A DNA stretch of 64,000 nucleotides from Pseudovirgaria hyperparasitica. Its lineage: Eukaryota. Below, in pieces: positions 51,323 to 64,000 of this stretch. Every line of letters starts with the position of its first letter. Positions within the stretch are counted from its first letter, which is position 1. The stretch is from NCBI GenBank assembly GCA_010093815.1, contig ML996580.1, one strand, 5' to 3'. Both the position numbers and the translations under genes were made by a program. The notes under the pieces were generated by a model that worked only from the letters and a program-made list of their open reading frames with translations, did no database searches and was not told the origin of the DNA.

Positions 51323-52790
51323 CCCTATACTGTGCTGTGCTTGGTCATACACACGGTTTAGTCTTCGGGGGTCTGAGTGATGTGTGCCTTTTGCGTTTAT
51401 TGCTGTTTTTATCTGTGTTTGTATGTGCATGTGCATGTGTAGCTGTATATCCATCTACATGTGCATGTGCATGTGTAGCTGTATATCCATCTACATGTGC
51501 ATCTTCATCTGTATATCCATCTGTATATGCACATGCACATGCGCCGTACAGTTCGAGTATACTGTATCATAACGAGACATAACGAGACACATGACAACAC
51601 ACATGACCATGACAACAACACATGAATGAATGAATACATCCGACAAGACAAGCCAGCGCACCCCTGACAAGGCTGAAGCAGACGAGACTGCACTCGCGAC
51701 ACTACACTACACTACACCACAGCATAGTATGGTACGATACAACGACCGCGGTCCTGAATCTTATGATTTGGTGGTTCTAGGGTGGTTCTGGGGTGGTTCT
51801 GGGGAGGGGGGGATGGCGTTCATGCACCGCACCGCAACCACACCGCACGTATACTGTACTAGATACACGGATACATACACGGACAGACGTAGACATGGAT
51901 AGGCGTATACACGGACAGACACATGGATAGGCGTATAAGCGTATACACGGACGTAGACTGGCAGGCATACACACACACAGACCCATACAGACAAACAAGC
52001 CCACAGCCCACCCTCCACTGCCGACACAGCACTGACACTCTGACACTCTGACGCACAGCATCAGCAGGCTTGAAGGGAGAGAAGGGGGCCGTGTTGAGGG
52101 GACGTGTTGAGGGGAGGTGGGTGCGTGCGTGCGTGCGTGCGTGTGTGGTCCCAGCGTGTGTGGGAATCCTGGGGGTGGGTAGTGACATTCTCGCGAAGGA
52201 TGCTTGGTTTTTTCGTTTTTTTCGTTTTTGAGAGGACCGGGGGTTTGATTTTTGTGAGTGTGTGGGTTTGATTGTGTGTGGCTTGTGGGTTGGTGATGGA
52301 GATGGGTGAGGATGGTGAGGATGGGTGATGGTGGTGATGGTGCTACAAACAGCCGGACATACGGACGGACGGATATCGCGAGTCCGTTACTTTATATACA
52401 CTCAATCACTCCCGACGACGAAGAATCCCAGCGGGCAATCCATCCTGCCATCCATCCATCCATCCATCCATCTCCCGACCGAGGTCGCATCAGACAGGCT
52501 GCCGTCGCATCGCACGCACGCACGACACATGCACACATGCATGCAACCAGCCTCTATCGCTCGCTCGACACTTGTGTTTCGAGTGCCTGTCCCATCTCCC
52601 CTCTACTCCACTCCCCCTCTCTGCTCCACTCTGCGCCCTCCGCCCAGAGGCCCTGCCCCCAAAGCCCACGTGGTCTATCATGCGGGCTCGGCGTGACTGG
52701 AAGCTTGCTCGCCTGTCAGAGAGGGGAGAAGGGAGAGGGGGGAAAGAGGATGATGCTGTACGTGTTCTGCTATTCTTAGCTGGGGCTGGG

Positions 52791-52826
<36 letters not shown>

Positions 52827-53175
52827 TCGGGATTGAGGTGCGGTGTGTGTGGTGCGGTGCTTGTGTTTGGTGTTATATCTGCTTTGTGCCCGTCTGCTTC
52901 TTTTGCCCCCTTTTTCCCCCCTTCCCCGCTTGATGTGTGAAGGGGTTCTGGTACTGCTTGTTTACTACATACGTACGTACATACATACGTCGCATATCGT
53001 TCTTGATCGTTTCTACCATTTCATCAATCTATTCTATCTGCCGCAGAGAATGCTGCTCACGACGCAAGACTCGTGCGCGTGAGGTCCATCCATCCATCCA
53101 TCCATCCATCCATCCATCTACTACGCCTCCGTCGCACACACTCACTCACTCACTCACTCACCCACCACCAAAACA

Positions 53176-54366
53176 ATGCCGCCCGTCCCCCTCGCCGTCT
53201 CCCTCCCCACCTTCATCGGCAGCCTCTGCTCCACCCTCGCCTCCCTCTTCATAATAACCTGCTACACCATCCTCCCGCCCCCCTCCAAACACTTCCGCCA
53301 CGCCCTCATCCTCAACCTCCTCATCGCCGACCTCTCCAACGCCCTCTCCAACGTCCTCTCCGGCGCCGCCGTCCTCGCCCGCCACGGCAAAGTCATCCCC
53401 GCCGGCCGCCTCTGCACCGCCTCCGGCTTCCTCAACCAACTCACCATCCAAACCATCGACTTCAGCATCATCGCAATCTCCCTCGCCGTCCTCTGGACCA
53501 TCAAGCGCGGCGGGGTGGCCGCAAACGGCGGGCTTTTGCGCGCGCCCAGCACAGCGGCGACAATCTGCGTGTGCGTGTGCGTGTGGGTGCCTGGGCTGAC
53601 GACGGCGTCGGTGGCGCTGGGGATCGGGGCGTTTGGTCCTGTGAGTGGGAATTGGTGCTGGATTAGGCAGGAACTGTTGTTGGAGAGGTATGCGCTGACG
53701 CATGGGTGGCGGATTGCGATTCTGCTGGGGACGGTCGGGATTTATACGTTTATTTATGTGCATTTGAATCGGGTTTATGGGGGGTTGAGTTTGTCGAGTG
53801 GGGTTTCGGTGGAGGTGGTGGATGGGGTGGAGGAGGTGGTTGGGTTGACGAGGGTGGAGACGGAGGGGGAGGGGGAGGATGTGGGTGTGAGGATGGGCGG
53901 TGTGGGTGCGAAGGGCGTGGGTGATGGGATTGGGATTGGGATTGGGATTGCGAGTCCTGCTGCTGTCGCTACACCTGAACTACGCGCTTCAACCACAACG
54001 ACAACGACAACGACATCGACAGCAACACGCTGCTTCAACGCCTCCGTCGCCCACTCCGCCGCCGTGTCGCGCCAGCGCGAGCTGAAGCGCATGCTGCTCC
54101 TGAACGGCTACCCGGCCATGTACATCATCCTGTGGATCCCGGGCATCCTGAACCGCGTGGTCGAGAGCACGGCGGGCAAGTCGCCGCTGTGGCTGACGGC
54201 GCTGCAGGCCACGACGCAGTTTGTGGGTGTGGCGAACGCGGTTACGTATGGGTATAATGAGGGCTTGAAGAGGCAGCTTGGGGATCAGTGGCGGGTGTGG
54301 AGGGGGAGGAGGGGGAGGGCGAGGGAGAGGGAGAGGGGGGTTGGGTGGAGGGATGTTGAGGGGTGA
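53176..54366 (+). CDS. Fungal 7-TM G-protein-coupled receptor, Git3/cAMP-receptor-like, single exon, 396 aa
   Basis: Seven hydrophobic segments; RHALILNLLIADL, CTASGF..Q, WCWI, YP.MYIILWIPG..NR and G.ANAVTYG motifs; long third intracellular loop. Confidence 0.85.
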   Translation: MPPVPLAVSLPTFIGSLCSTLASLFIITCYTILPPPSKHFRHALILNLLIADLSNALSNVLSGAAVLARHGKVIPAGRLCTASGFLNQLTIQTIDFSIIAISLAVLWTIKRGGVAANGGLLRAPSTAATICVCVCVWVPGLTTASVALGIGAFGPVSGNWCWIRQELLLERYALTHGWRIAILLGTVGIYTFIYVHLNRVYGGLSLSSGVSVEVVDGVEEVVGLTRVETEGEGEDVGVRMGGVGAKGVGDGIGIGIGIASPAAVATPELRASTTTTTTTTSTATRCFNASVAHSAAVSRQRELKRMLLLNGYPAMYIILWIPGILNRVVESTAGKSPLWLTALQATTQFVGVANAVTYGYNEGLKRQLGDQWRVWRGRRGRARERERGVGWRDVEG

Positions 54367-55750
54367 AGGTGGGGGGAGTGGATGGGATGAGGGATGAATG
54401 ATTGAATGAATGCTTGAATGAATGAAGAATGAAGAATGAAGAATGACGAGTGCAGAATGAGAGGAAATGTGACTGTGACGTTGGGAGTGTTGAGAGGTGC
54501 TGTGTCGTATGACAAGATGCTTCGGGTGAGCGAGCGAGTGAGAAGAGGTCGGAAAGGGGTTACAGACCGAGCTGGACGGGATTTCAGGTACACATACCTC
54601 TCTCTCTCTCCTCGTCAACAACCTCACGGACGAGCACGAGCTACCAACAACCGACAGCTCCAGCCGTCCACATCGACGACATCCTACCCATCATATCTTC
54701 CACCATCCGACGACCTCCTTCTATTCCACCACCCCTGGCTCTAGCACCACATCCTCATCCAAACACGCCCACACTACACTACATCCAAAACACCATCTTC
54801 CTTTCCCACACGCTTCCGTCCAACCACATATCCACACACACCGACCACCCCTAAACACACCGACGCAGAGAGTATCGTCCAGTTGCACCGAAAAGTGGCG
54901 TAGAAAGAGTCCACCTGCCGTGCTCGGCCACACGCTTCGAATCATCCATATCCAGTCTGAATTCTATCTGAATCCAGTCGAGGTCATCAGGGGCGGCGAC
55001 TCAGGGGGTCAAGGGCGGCGAGCGAGTCCCTGCTCTGAATGTAACGAACCAGCTTTGCGCTACACGGGAGTATATCGAAGGTGACATCTGATTGTGTATA
55101 TTTGACGCTTGTATTGGTTTTACTGTTGCTGTTGCTCTTGCTGTTGCGGCTGCTAATGCCCGGATCGTAATATACCAACGGCGCAGCGGATATGGCTGGC
55201 CATTGGGACTTCGCTCGTGATAGTAGAGCGGATCTGTGTATTAGTAAAGGTTCTGTTTGCATTTTGAACGGTTTTTGGTGAGATTTTGCTCGCGCGTGGT
55301 TCGGGGTTTGTAGTTATTGGGTGTTATAATTTAATGAATGTGTTGCGGTTCTGTGCATATATTATATGGGCATACTATGCGTCTATGATACGGTGATACC
55401 TCCGGCGCGTCGGATGAGGACGACGTTACTCGCGGCCATACTTTCACGAATTTTTCTGCCTCGTCGGAATGCTCTGGATATGTGTGCTTGTAGGATGTCC
55501 GGACTCTGCTAGATCCCGATCGCGCGCGGATGTAGATGGAGGATCTGGGACGTTGATGTTGACGATCCCGGATCACCAGATACTATACAGGGGCAGCGCC
55601 AAGTGATTAGATCTGCGCCTGATTTCTGATTGGTCTGGAGCTCCGCATATCCAACCCCGCCAGAATTTCACAGAAAAAGTTCAGCAGCAGCAGCAGCTAC
55701 ATACACAACACCAAACCACCTCCCACATACCACCCAACAGACCAACAACC

Positions 55751-56855
55751 ATGCCGGACCACTTCCAACCCGACGACGACACCGACCCAACCATCTCCTC
55801 CCTCCGCCACACCCTAACCACCGAATCCACCCCGCTCGCCCACCGCTTCCGCGCCCTCTTCTCCCTCAAACACCTCGCCAGCACGCACCCACCGACCGCC
55901 CAAACCGCGCCCGCCATCCGCGCCATCGCCGCCGCATTCGCCTCGCCCTCTGCGCTGCTAAAGCACGAACTGGCGTATTGCCTGGGCCAGAGCAAGAACG
56001 TGGCCGCGGTGCCGTATCTCGAGGCCGTGCTGCGGGATGTGGACGAGGATGCGATGTGTCGGCATGAGGCGGCGGAGGCGCTGGGTGCGATTGGGGATGT
56101 GGGGTGTGTGGGCTTGTTGAGGGCGTTTCGCGATCGGGTGGGCGAGGAGGTTGTTGTGCGGGAGACGTGTGAGATTGCGGTCGAGCGGATTGAGTGGGAG
56201 GTTGGGAGGGGGGGGAAGGAGGAGGAGGAGGAGATTAAGACGAGGTATGTGATGGAGTATATTGGATCTCTTCATGTTTTGGGATGGTGTGCTTTGCTAT
56301 ATGGCTGGCTAGTGCTAATCTGCGTGCTGCGATAGTGACTTTGTGTCCATTGACCCGGCGCCCCCCCTTGCGCAGACGGCGAGCGTGGATGTGCCTGCGC
56401 TCGAACGCACGCTGCTTGATACGAAGCTGCCGTTGTTCCAGCGCTACCGTGCCATGTTTGCGCTGCGCGATCTGTCCAGTCCGCCCGACTTGCCTACTGC
56501 TGTTCCTGCCGTGCATGCCCTGGCGCGCGGCCTGTCGGACCCGTCTGCGCTGTTCCGCCACGAGATCGCCTTTGTGTTTGGTCAGCTGTCGCATCCGGCG
56601 TCTATTCCGAGCCTGATCGAGACGCTCAGTGATCTGAAAGAGGAGAGCATGGTCCGCCATGAGGCTGCCGAGGCGCTGGGCAGTCTGGGCGAGGAAGACG
56701 GGGTGGAGGAGGTGCTGAGGAGGTTCTTGGATGATCCCGAGCAGGTCGTTAGGGAGAGTGTGGTCGTGGCCCTGGACATGGCCGAGTTTGAGAAGAGCGG
56801 GGCCTTGGAGTATTCTACGATACCGTCGGTTGCGAGTGTACAGCAGGCGGCATAG
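55751..56855 (+). CDS. LIA1: Deoxyhypusine hydroxylase (eIF5A hypusination); exons 55751-56244, 56336-56855
   Basis: Four HE HEAT-repeat motifs (LLKHELAYCLGQ, CRHEAAEALGA, LFRHEIAFVFGQ, VRHEAAEALGS); the splice restores SDFVSIDPAPP. Confidence 0.96.
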
Positions 56856-56925
56856 AACACATTGTGGCGATCTCGCCGGGTATCGAGAAAAAAAGGAAGC
56901 ATTATTGACGGCGTGGCCATCTGGT

Positions 56926-57404
56926 TCAGTTGTTGGTGTTCCATCTGCAATCACACAAAAGTTAGATCATAGGCTGTAAAACATACAATAGACATCGTAC
57001 CTGTGCCCACAGTCGCAGATGTAGAAGATTGTGCTGCCTTCGTCGGCGCTGCGCAGTTGCTGCTCGTAGTAGCGCACCTTTTCGCGGCCGCATTTCTCGC
57101 ACGTTTGATTGACGACGACTTCCGTCTGCATGTCTTCTGCCGCCAGTGTCTGGACTTCGGACCGTTTCGCCCGGAGTGCAGACGGGAATGCCGACGGTTT
57201 GGAATGCGTGGTGACTACTTTCGAAGACGTATCTACGCGGTGTCAGCACGTTGTTTTCTCTGTCGTAGCGAAATTTTTCTGTTACAGACCCTTATTGGAT
57301 GCGCCGCAGATTGTACATGTCAGCACAGCCTTCTGATGGCCGGTATTGCTATCCAGAAGGTTTCCGCAGTCGGTGCAGAACACGAGCGATCCGATTGCGG
57401 CCAT
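56926..57404 (-). CDS. RPA12: RNA polymerase I subunit A12.2; exons 57404-57290, 57232-57001, 56944-56926
   Basis: Spliced MAAIGSLVFCTDCGNLL...CTICG...CEKCG....YYEQQLRSADEGSTIFYICDCGHRWNTNN; two zinc ribbons and the QLRSADEG motif; GT-AG introns with CTGAC/CTAAC branch sites. Confidence 0.95.
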
Positions 57405-57801
57405 GTTGTCTTGCTGTGGTTATGAGAATCTTGTTTCGGAGGAGAAGACTTGGAGATGCGGAGTTCTTGGACCTTGGCCGCCAAGAGTTTGTGGGTCAGG
57501 CGTGCGGCGAGGGAAACCCAAGGTACCCATTCAACTGGAATGTCTGAGCATCACATCAGTATATGATTGTCGCATGCACATCTACCCTCGCCTTCATATC
57601 GCTCTCGCTCTATCGAATCGTGCGTCGCATTGTTGTACTGCGCGCCGTCAGGCTTCCACCTTTGTCGTCCTTTTCGGCCCGGCTACCATGGCATCTTGAC
57701 AGACCTCAGATCCTTCGAATCCCTACCTGAGCTGCTCGCGGCTGTAGACGAATCTATACAAGTTTGCGCCGCTCCCAGATGTCTGTGTGATTCTGGCAAA
57801 A
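57405..57801. promoter_or_regulatory. Probable bidirectional promoter between RPA12 and SCC2
   Basis: Divergent ATGs at 57404 (-) and 57802 (+), 397 bp apart. Confidence 0.6.
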
Positions 57802-60800
57802 ATGGAGTCGAACGGGCAGCCTCATCAGCAGTATGGGGCTCAGTTACCCTTTAGACCACCTACCGTGGAGGAAGCTTTACCGTACACTCCCCTCAGCTCC
57901 ATAACACCGTTCAGTCCTGGTGAGTGCTTTCCGGGCGGATATTCACTTGACTCAACTTCACCCTACTTGTTGTGCTCGTGCCGACTGACACTTTACAGAT
58001 GTTATAGCATATCCCTCTGCCGTCCCTTCAAGCAGGACGTCAATCTTCACCAGCCAATCCGAACGTCAAGCGGCCAATCGTAGTCTTGAAGCTTGGGACA
58101 ATGAGATAGATGCTCATGGAAATACTTCTGAGAAGCTGCAGAAGACCCTGAGTGATCTCAAACGGCTACTACAGTCCGGCGACACTCCTCAGTAGTAAGG
58201 CTTGCATACATCAGACAAACCTACGCAGGACTAACCCTCACAGCGTCTTCAAAGAACCTCACCAGCACGCTTCGATGATGGCTACAACTGCGACTACAAA
58301 TGGGAAGCCTCCTGCACCAACAAACCCCAGATTGGGAAAATTCGCGCGGACCGTCCTGAACGCTACGAACATTCGACATAAATGTGAAAGAGTCACTCTT
58401 GGAGGTCACGCAAAAAAGCTAACAGATACCAGACCAGCCCTCTGCTCAAGCGAATGGAAACACAAAGAGCCGTCAAAGCTCGACCCCAGTCTCACAGGTT
58501 CCTACTCAAGCCGTCCGAACACAGCGAGTTGAACAGAATGGGGCAATTACAACGCACACCAACAGGGTACCCTCACAGCAGAATATAGGAGCTTCTGAAC
58601 CTGCTAGACCGCAGGTGGCTCCGCAGAAGACCCCCACTGTACAGCATCACCCTTCGTCAAGCACGCCCACGGTTCTACCTAAGATCAAGTCAGAGGGCTC
58701 GCCGTCTACTCCCAGCCCTGCGAAGAGGCCAATTGGCATGGTTGTCATTCCCGTCAAACGAGCTTCAGCGTCCGCAACGCCTACTAAACAACAGCGATCC
58801 TCCACTCCTCAATCTGTGCAGCCGGTTCAGCCGAATCACCATGTACAGCCGGTTCAGCCTGTGCAGCCTGTGGTTCAGGCACCCGTGCCGCGACCGGCAC
58901 CAAGTATCAGACCCGGGCAAGCACAGGTGATTCTGACGCCTGGTCCCAAATGGAACCCCTCTCAACGCTCGGAATGGAAGAAGTTTCCCGAGCTCGACGC
59001 GATGGTCCAATCCAGGGACGAACCTCTTTCGCAAGAACGTCGTGACGAGTACGACACTAGTCAAGCCCAGGATCGGACCAAAACGCGAGACGTGACTGTG
59101 CAGGCACTCGAGGACTTTCTCGAGGAGGTCTTTGAGTTGGAAGATGCCGGGGATGATGCTCATTCTGCGGCGAACGCTACCAGACTCTTGACAACCATCA
59201 GTGTCGATGGTTTAGACACCCAGACACTGACCACAGAAGGGCTCAAATATCTAGACTCGCATTTGCAGAAGGTGGTAAAGGAAAAGCAGTTTGGAAACTT
59301 GTCAGAAGACTTTCTACGGCGAGCACAAAAGCTTTGCGAGGGCTACGCTAGATCAGTGCCTGAGATCGACCTGCGAGTTTCTGATGACTGGTCGATGGAC
59401 AAGATTGCAGAATTCGACACACGTGTGGTGGATCTGAATGACGGCTTAGAAGCCGTAAAAGTCCTCCTCAGAATCATGGTCGCCGCAGGAAACAACATAA
59501 CCCTCTGCCCCGAGGAAATGCTCAAGGCAGTCATCGCCGCGGTCAAGCACACCTTGGACACTTTGATCATACCGGTAGTGGAATCGCACACACGCGCTGG
59601 CAACAACATCATGAGGACTATCCAGGACTCAAAATCGAACCTCCCAAACGTCCTCATGCGAGTGGGAAATGCGCTAAAGATGCTCGAGCAATTGTTCGCT
59701 AACATGACAATCAATGAAGAAGTCAGGAGCTCGGTTGAGGATTTGGCAATTCGGCTCCTGTTTGTGGAAAACGCAAGCAGCGAACAAAATGCACCTCTGG
59801 GTCTTCAGAAGTTTGAATTGCTCCGAAAACGTGCAATGGACCTTGTTGCCGGCCTTTTTCAATGCTATCCATCACAGAGGGACACAATCGTCCGATACGT
59901 TCTCTCGTCCCTGTCGTCACTCCCGGTCACGCCTCAGCAGGCCAGACATTTCAAGACACCCGGAGGCTGTACAATCCAGGTGGTGACCGCGCTATTCATC
60001 CGATTCGTGCAGTCAAGTGCCTCAAGACCCCATCGGGCGTCTGAAACTCTCTCGTTGGGCGAAGGTGATTATAATAGTGACGTCGGACAAAACATGAATA
60101 CAGCAGCCACAAATGTCTCGGACTCTGATGCCGATGGCGAATCCGATGATGATATGCCCCAGACGACCAAGCCCAAGGCGGTGCAGCAAAGTTCAAGAAA
60201 ACCTTCTCTCGAAGCTATGGTAAACCCGCTCGTCTCTGCTGCCACCAGTATGGCCAAGTCAATAGTGGGACATATGTTTACGAGGTCTTTGGAAGCAAGC
60301 AAAAGCGGAGACTCGCCTTATCAAAAGCTGCTCGAACTGTTCGTAGAGGATTTAGTCGCGATCTTTGTTCTTGATTCTTGCGACTGGCCCGGAGCTACGA
60401 CACTTCTACGCGTTGTGTGTGGGTACTCTCTGAACGTGTACTCCAACGACAACTACCCAGTCGCAAACCGCACCCTTTCACTCGATATCATGGGTCAGCT
60501 GGCCGGCGCGATATATGACCTGCAAAAGGCTGTGCGCCGAGACACACGCATATTGGACCCAAGTGAGTCTCCAATGTCAGCGAAGCTATCGCAGCTCGGA
60601 GAGAACGTTATCAACAATGATGTCGGTCCCGGTGAACTTTACGCGTTCGAAGGGCCGTATCGACTCTGCATTGAGTATATACACGGCAGCACTACTAAAG
60701 ATCTACGCCTGCATAGTGGCCGTGGTTTCTTCCTATCGACTTGGGCCGCTGGTATTCTTGAAGAGACCAAGAAGGAAGATGCCAGCAAAGAATTCGCAGC

Positions 60801-63759
60801 TTTAGCACAGCATTTGAGGAATGCCTTGGCTGATCCACAATGGCTGACATACAAATTCGAGTTCCCCATGGTGCCGAAATCGTATGCAAATCTCGCAGCT
60901 GCCGTGGTTGCTATGCAAAGCGAATTTGGTAGTGCCTTGCCAACGATTCTCACCCATGTTCTGGCCTCCTGCGCGAGCACTTCAACATCAACCAAGAATC
61001 GGGGTCTGAAGGCCTTGGAGCGTCTTGCTATCAAGGATCCTCTGCTTTTGACGCAAAATCCGAAGGTCATTCCTTATATCAGGAGGATGGCATATGAAGA
61101 CCCATCAGCACAAATTCGCGACACTGCTCTGCAACTATTGCAGACTTGTTTTTCGCAGGACCGTACCATGGACAAAGATCTGTACAGCAAGCTCATCGAG
61201 CAGGCTCGTGTTGATCCCAGCGCCAACCCGAAGAAACGCTGCATGCGGTTCCTGAAAGATATTTATCAGAGGAACGACGATGTGGACATGCGCTCTAGCA
61301 TTGCCGGGCTGTTTATGAACAGAATCCTGGATCTTGAAGAGCTTATTGTCAAACTTGCAAAGGAATCTCTCGAAGAACTCTGGATCTCGCCGTTCCGTGG
61401 TGCACGAGATGCTCGCCTGAATGTGACTTTCAAATCAAATGTCACGTTGATCGTCTCTGCTTTACAACAGGACGATTGGCTAGTCAAACCGTTCGGTATC
61501 TGGATCAACAGTTTACTGGACGAGAAATCAAAATCTAGAGCTGAGAATGCCCATGTCTTGAAAGATCTTGTGGCCAATCTGTTCGAGAGCTTCGGCGGAA
61601 ACACCAGTATTCAGCGCCAAATATCAATTCTGAAGGCCATTGCCGTGTTTGCCAAGGCAAATCCGCAGTTGCTAAACCGGCCTCAATTGAACTCACTTAC
61701 TCCATTCCTGAAGAATATACAGACTCTAGATGATGCAGATCTTTTCTTCCCGACGGTCGAGATATTCAATGCCACTCTTAAGACGCTCATCTCGTCGTCC
61801 AAGGACTCGCTACTCGAACACCTCGACAAGAGTTTGGGTGACTCTCTCGCAAGGCTTTCCAAGGTTGCCGTGCGCCAGGTTGCTATCTGTATGGATATCC
61901 TGTCCGGATACCTGACAAGTACCCAACAGAAATGCTTAAACATTACAAGCTCCGTAATAAGCAATCTGAAGAAAAACGAGCCGTCGAATCCTTCCAGCAA
62001 GGTCAGGAAATGGTTGACACTGCTCGGTGTGTTCGGAAATGCTCACGATTATGCGCCTCACCTGGAGAGGTTTCGCACAAGATTCCCTCACTGGAAGGGC
62101 GCTTCAGTGTTGAGCCTTTTCGTGGACGAAATTTGCCCCAGAACCTCCCCCAAGTTCGACAAGGAGGTCAGAGTTGCGGCATTTGAGGCAATCGGCCTGA
62201 TAAGCCTGAGAAAACCGAAAGAGCTGAATCGTGATGACGTTCTCTCCGCCATGAGAAAAGCGCTTGAGGATTCAAGTAGCGGACTCGACATTACCGTTCT
62301 TGAAGTTCTAAGAGATTTCTTCCAGTCTGAAGAGAAACGATCCGAGACTGGGGCGGTGATAGCTGTTGGTAAGGGTGCTGTGCAAGGTGCCGAGCGTATG
62401 GGGACCTCCCTCAATGCCAGCGACAACGATGGTGTCATTACAACGTTGGCGCGCAACTTCTTGCAGCCAGTGAAACACATAGCGCTCTCCACTACGGACG
62501 ACCGAGCCCCGGTAGCTGTCAGTATCCTTGTCAGCATCAGTCGCCAAGGTCTCGTTATACCTAATGAATGCATTCCGGCGTTCATCGCTCTGGAAACATC
62601 CGATAAGGATTCCATCGCCGTTCCAGTCTTCAAGGAACACGAGTCAGTACACCAGAAGCACGAGAGTATCGTTGCGAAAGAGTATTACAAAGGTGTGCTC
62701 CAATCGTATCAATACCAGATGGACAATTTCAGCAACTCGCGAGGTGCCAAGTTTGAGAAAGACAAGGCTGCCATTCCGAAGCTGAAATATCTCTTCTCCA
62801 TCATCAAGGGAGCAAGTAGTAAAGTGCGCAAAGACTTCTTCAAGGTCGCCGCCACGAAACTCCAATTTGCCTTTGATGACTTTCAGTCGACTGGCGACGA
62901 GCCACAGGATCTCTACTTCCCTCAGTATGTCCTGGAGAATCTATTAGCCGCCGAATACGTACAAAACATCGAACTGATCACCCTGACCGACAACTTGCTC
63001 AAGATCTTTTCTTCGACTGGTACGATAGTTGCAGAGGTTATCGAGAGAGAGGTTCTCTCTTCTAAAACAATGGTAGCGCCAGCCCCAACAGACTTGGCCA
63101 ATGTCACGGCCACGACGGAGTCTACTGCGACAGATTTTGATGGAACTCAGCCGGGGCCTAATGGCGAACTTGTTGCCACTGCAGAGCCTCCACATCTTCC
63201 AGCGGTACCTGACCTAGATTTGGACCGATTGCGTCACCTGACAGCAGCCTCTATGGTCCTGAGTCTCATCCTCGAGACGTGCAATTGGCTTAAACGCGCG
63301 TACAGCCTTGAGAAGGCAAAGGCAAAGAAGGACCAGCACCTGAAAGCACCATTCCGAACCAATTTCATATCTGCAGACAAATACGGCCAGCAGAGCGAGC
63401 AGATCATGTCATCGCTCGACAGCAGAGAAAGCATGATATCGCAATGTCGTTCTTTCTGCCAAGCCGTCGCCCTCGACAGCGAGCACAAAGTCGGCAGTGA
63501 TGACGAGGAGATGGCCGATGCTACGAATCACGCCGGTGGCTATATGACTCCGGAGGAAGGGGATGAGTCCGGTAGCGACAAGTCACGTACCCCTGGATCG
63601 GCTCGAGGCAGGAAGAGGAAAGGCAGTCTTTCCGGCGGCAGCGCTCCTACGCCCAAGAAGCGACGTGGCCGGCCATCCGGCGCACCGGGAAAGAAGACGC
63701 AGTCAAAGAAGGCTGGGCAGAGGAGCACAAGCTCGGGCTTTGATGGTCCGGATGGATGA
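57802..63759 (+). CDS. SCC2: Cohesin loader Scc2/Mis4/NIPBL; exons 57802-57919, 57999-58194, 58244-58383, 58433-63759
   Basis: N-terminal TVEEALPYTP.SSITPFSPD. HEAT-rich body with KSGDSPY..LL..FVEDL, DWPGA..LL, DPSAQIRD, RQGLV.P.ECIP.FIALETS. Basic C-terminus. Three introns join in frame with the 1714-aa ORF. Confidence 0.93.
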
Positions 63760-64000
63760 TGATGAGTAGTAGCATCATGAGCTGTTTGTTCCCATTCCAT
63801 CCATCATTTCGCGCTTTTTCAGGGGTTTGATTTGTCGTTCGAGCGCTTTCACAGTATCAGATATATTCGGCGTCATACAATTTTTTTTGCAGCATATCAG
63901 GCGGCGCTTCAGGACGGGGAGCTTTTCAAGAAGCTTGGCGGAAGATCATTCTTCAAGCATACCCATAGTTTTTCTCTCACACTCCGGAGGAAAATGGCGC

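Noticed and set aside
45000..53100. Numerous 60-220 aa ORFs in the intergenic regions
   Set aside because: Translations of microsatellites (HPSI, VCVC, YSTVQ) with no coding signature.
57003..57425. 140-aa plus-strand ORF
   Set aside because: Antisense to the spliced RPA12 gene.
39400..64000. tRNA/rRNA genes
   Set aside because: No convincing cloverleaf with A/B boxes or rRNA-like sequence seen by eye; tRNAscan-SE/Infernal would be needed to exclude them.

Overview
Eukaryotic, filamentous-ascomycete DNA (probably Dothideomycete-like; inferred from RIP and intron style) in two compartments. (1) 1-~39.35 kb is an AT-rich, RIP-mutated transposon nest. It holds three Ty3/Gypsy LTR retrotransposons on the minus strand: A is tRNA-primed and mildly RIPed, while B and C are chromoviruses. 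It also holds a fragment of a second C-family copy, three Tad1-like LINEs (one inserted antisense into another, both with TSDs), a RIP-destroyed unknown ORF that the LINEs landed in, and a 790-N gap. (2) ~39.4-64 kb is gene-rich: amino-acid permease, Zn2Cys6 transcription factor (GC-AG intron), PTR2 peptide transporter, Git3/cAMP-receptor-like GPCR, deoxyhypusine hydroxylase, RPA12 (missed by the ORF track) and the cohesin loader SCC2. The most unusual signal is a 31-bp palindrome (inferred pre-RIP form TTATCAGTCAAGGG-CWG-CCCTTGACTGATAA). It occurs 7 times, is shared between a Gypsy element and unrelated LINEs, appears about twice per element and is read in different frames. Also notable are probable extra antisense ORFs in the Gypsy 3' regions and an oscillating C-rich/G-rich strand skew across ~44.6-56.8 kb that controls synonymous codons. 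All de-RIPed translations are manual reconstructions, not database hits.
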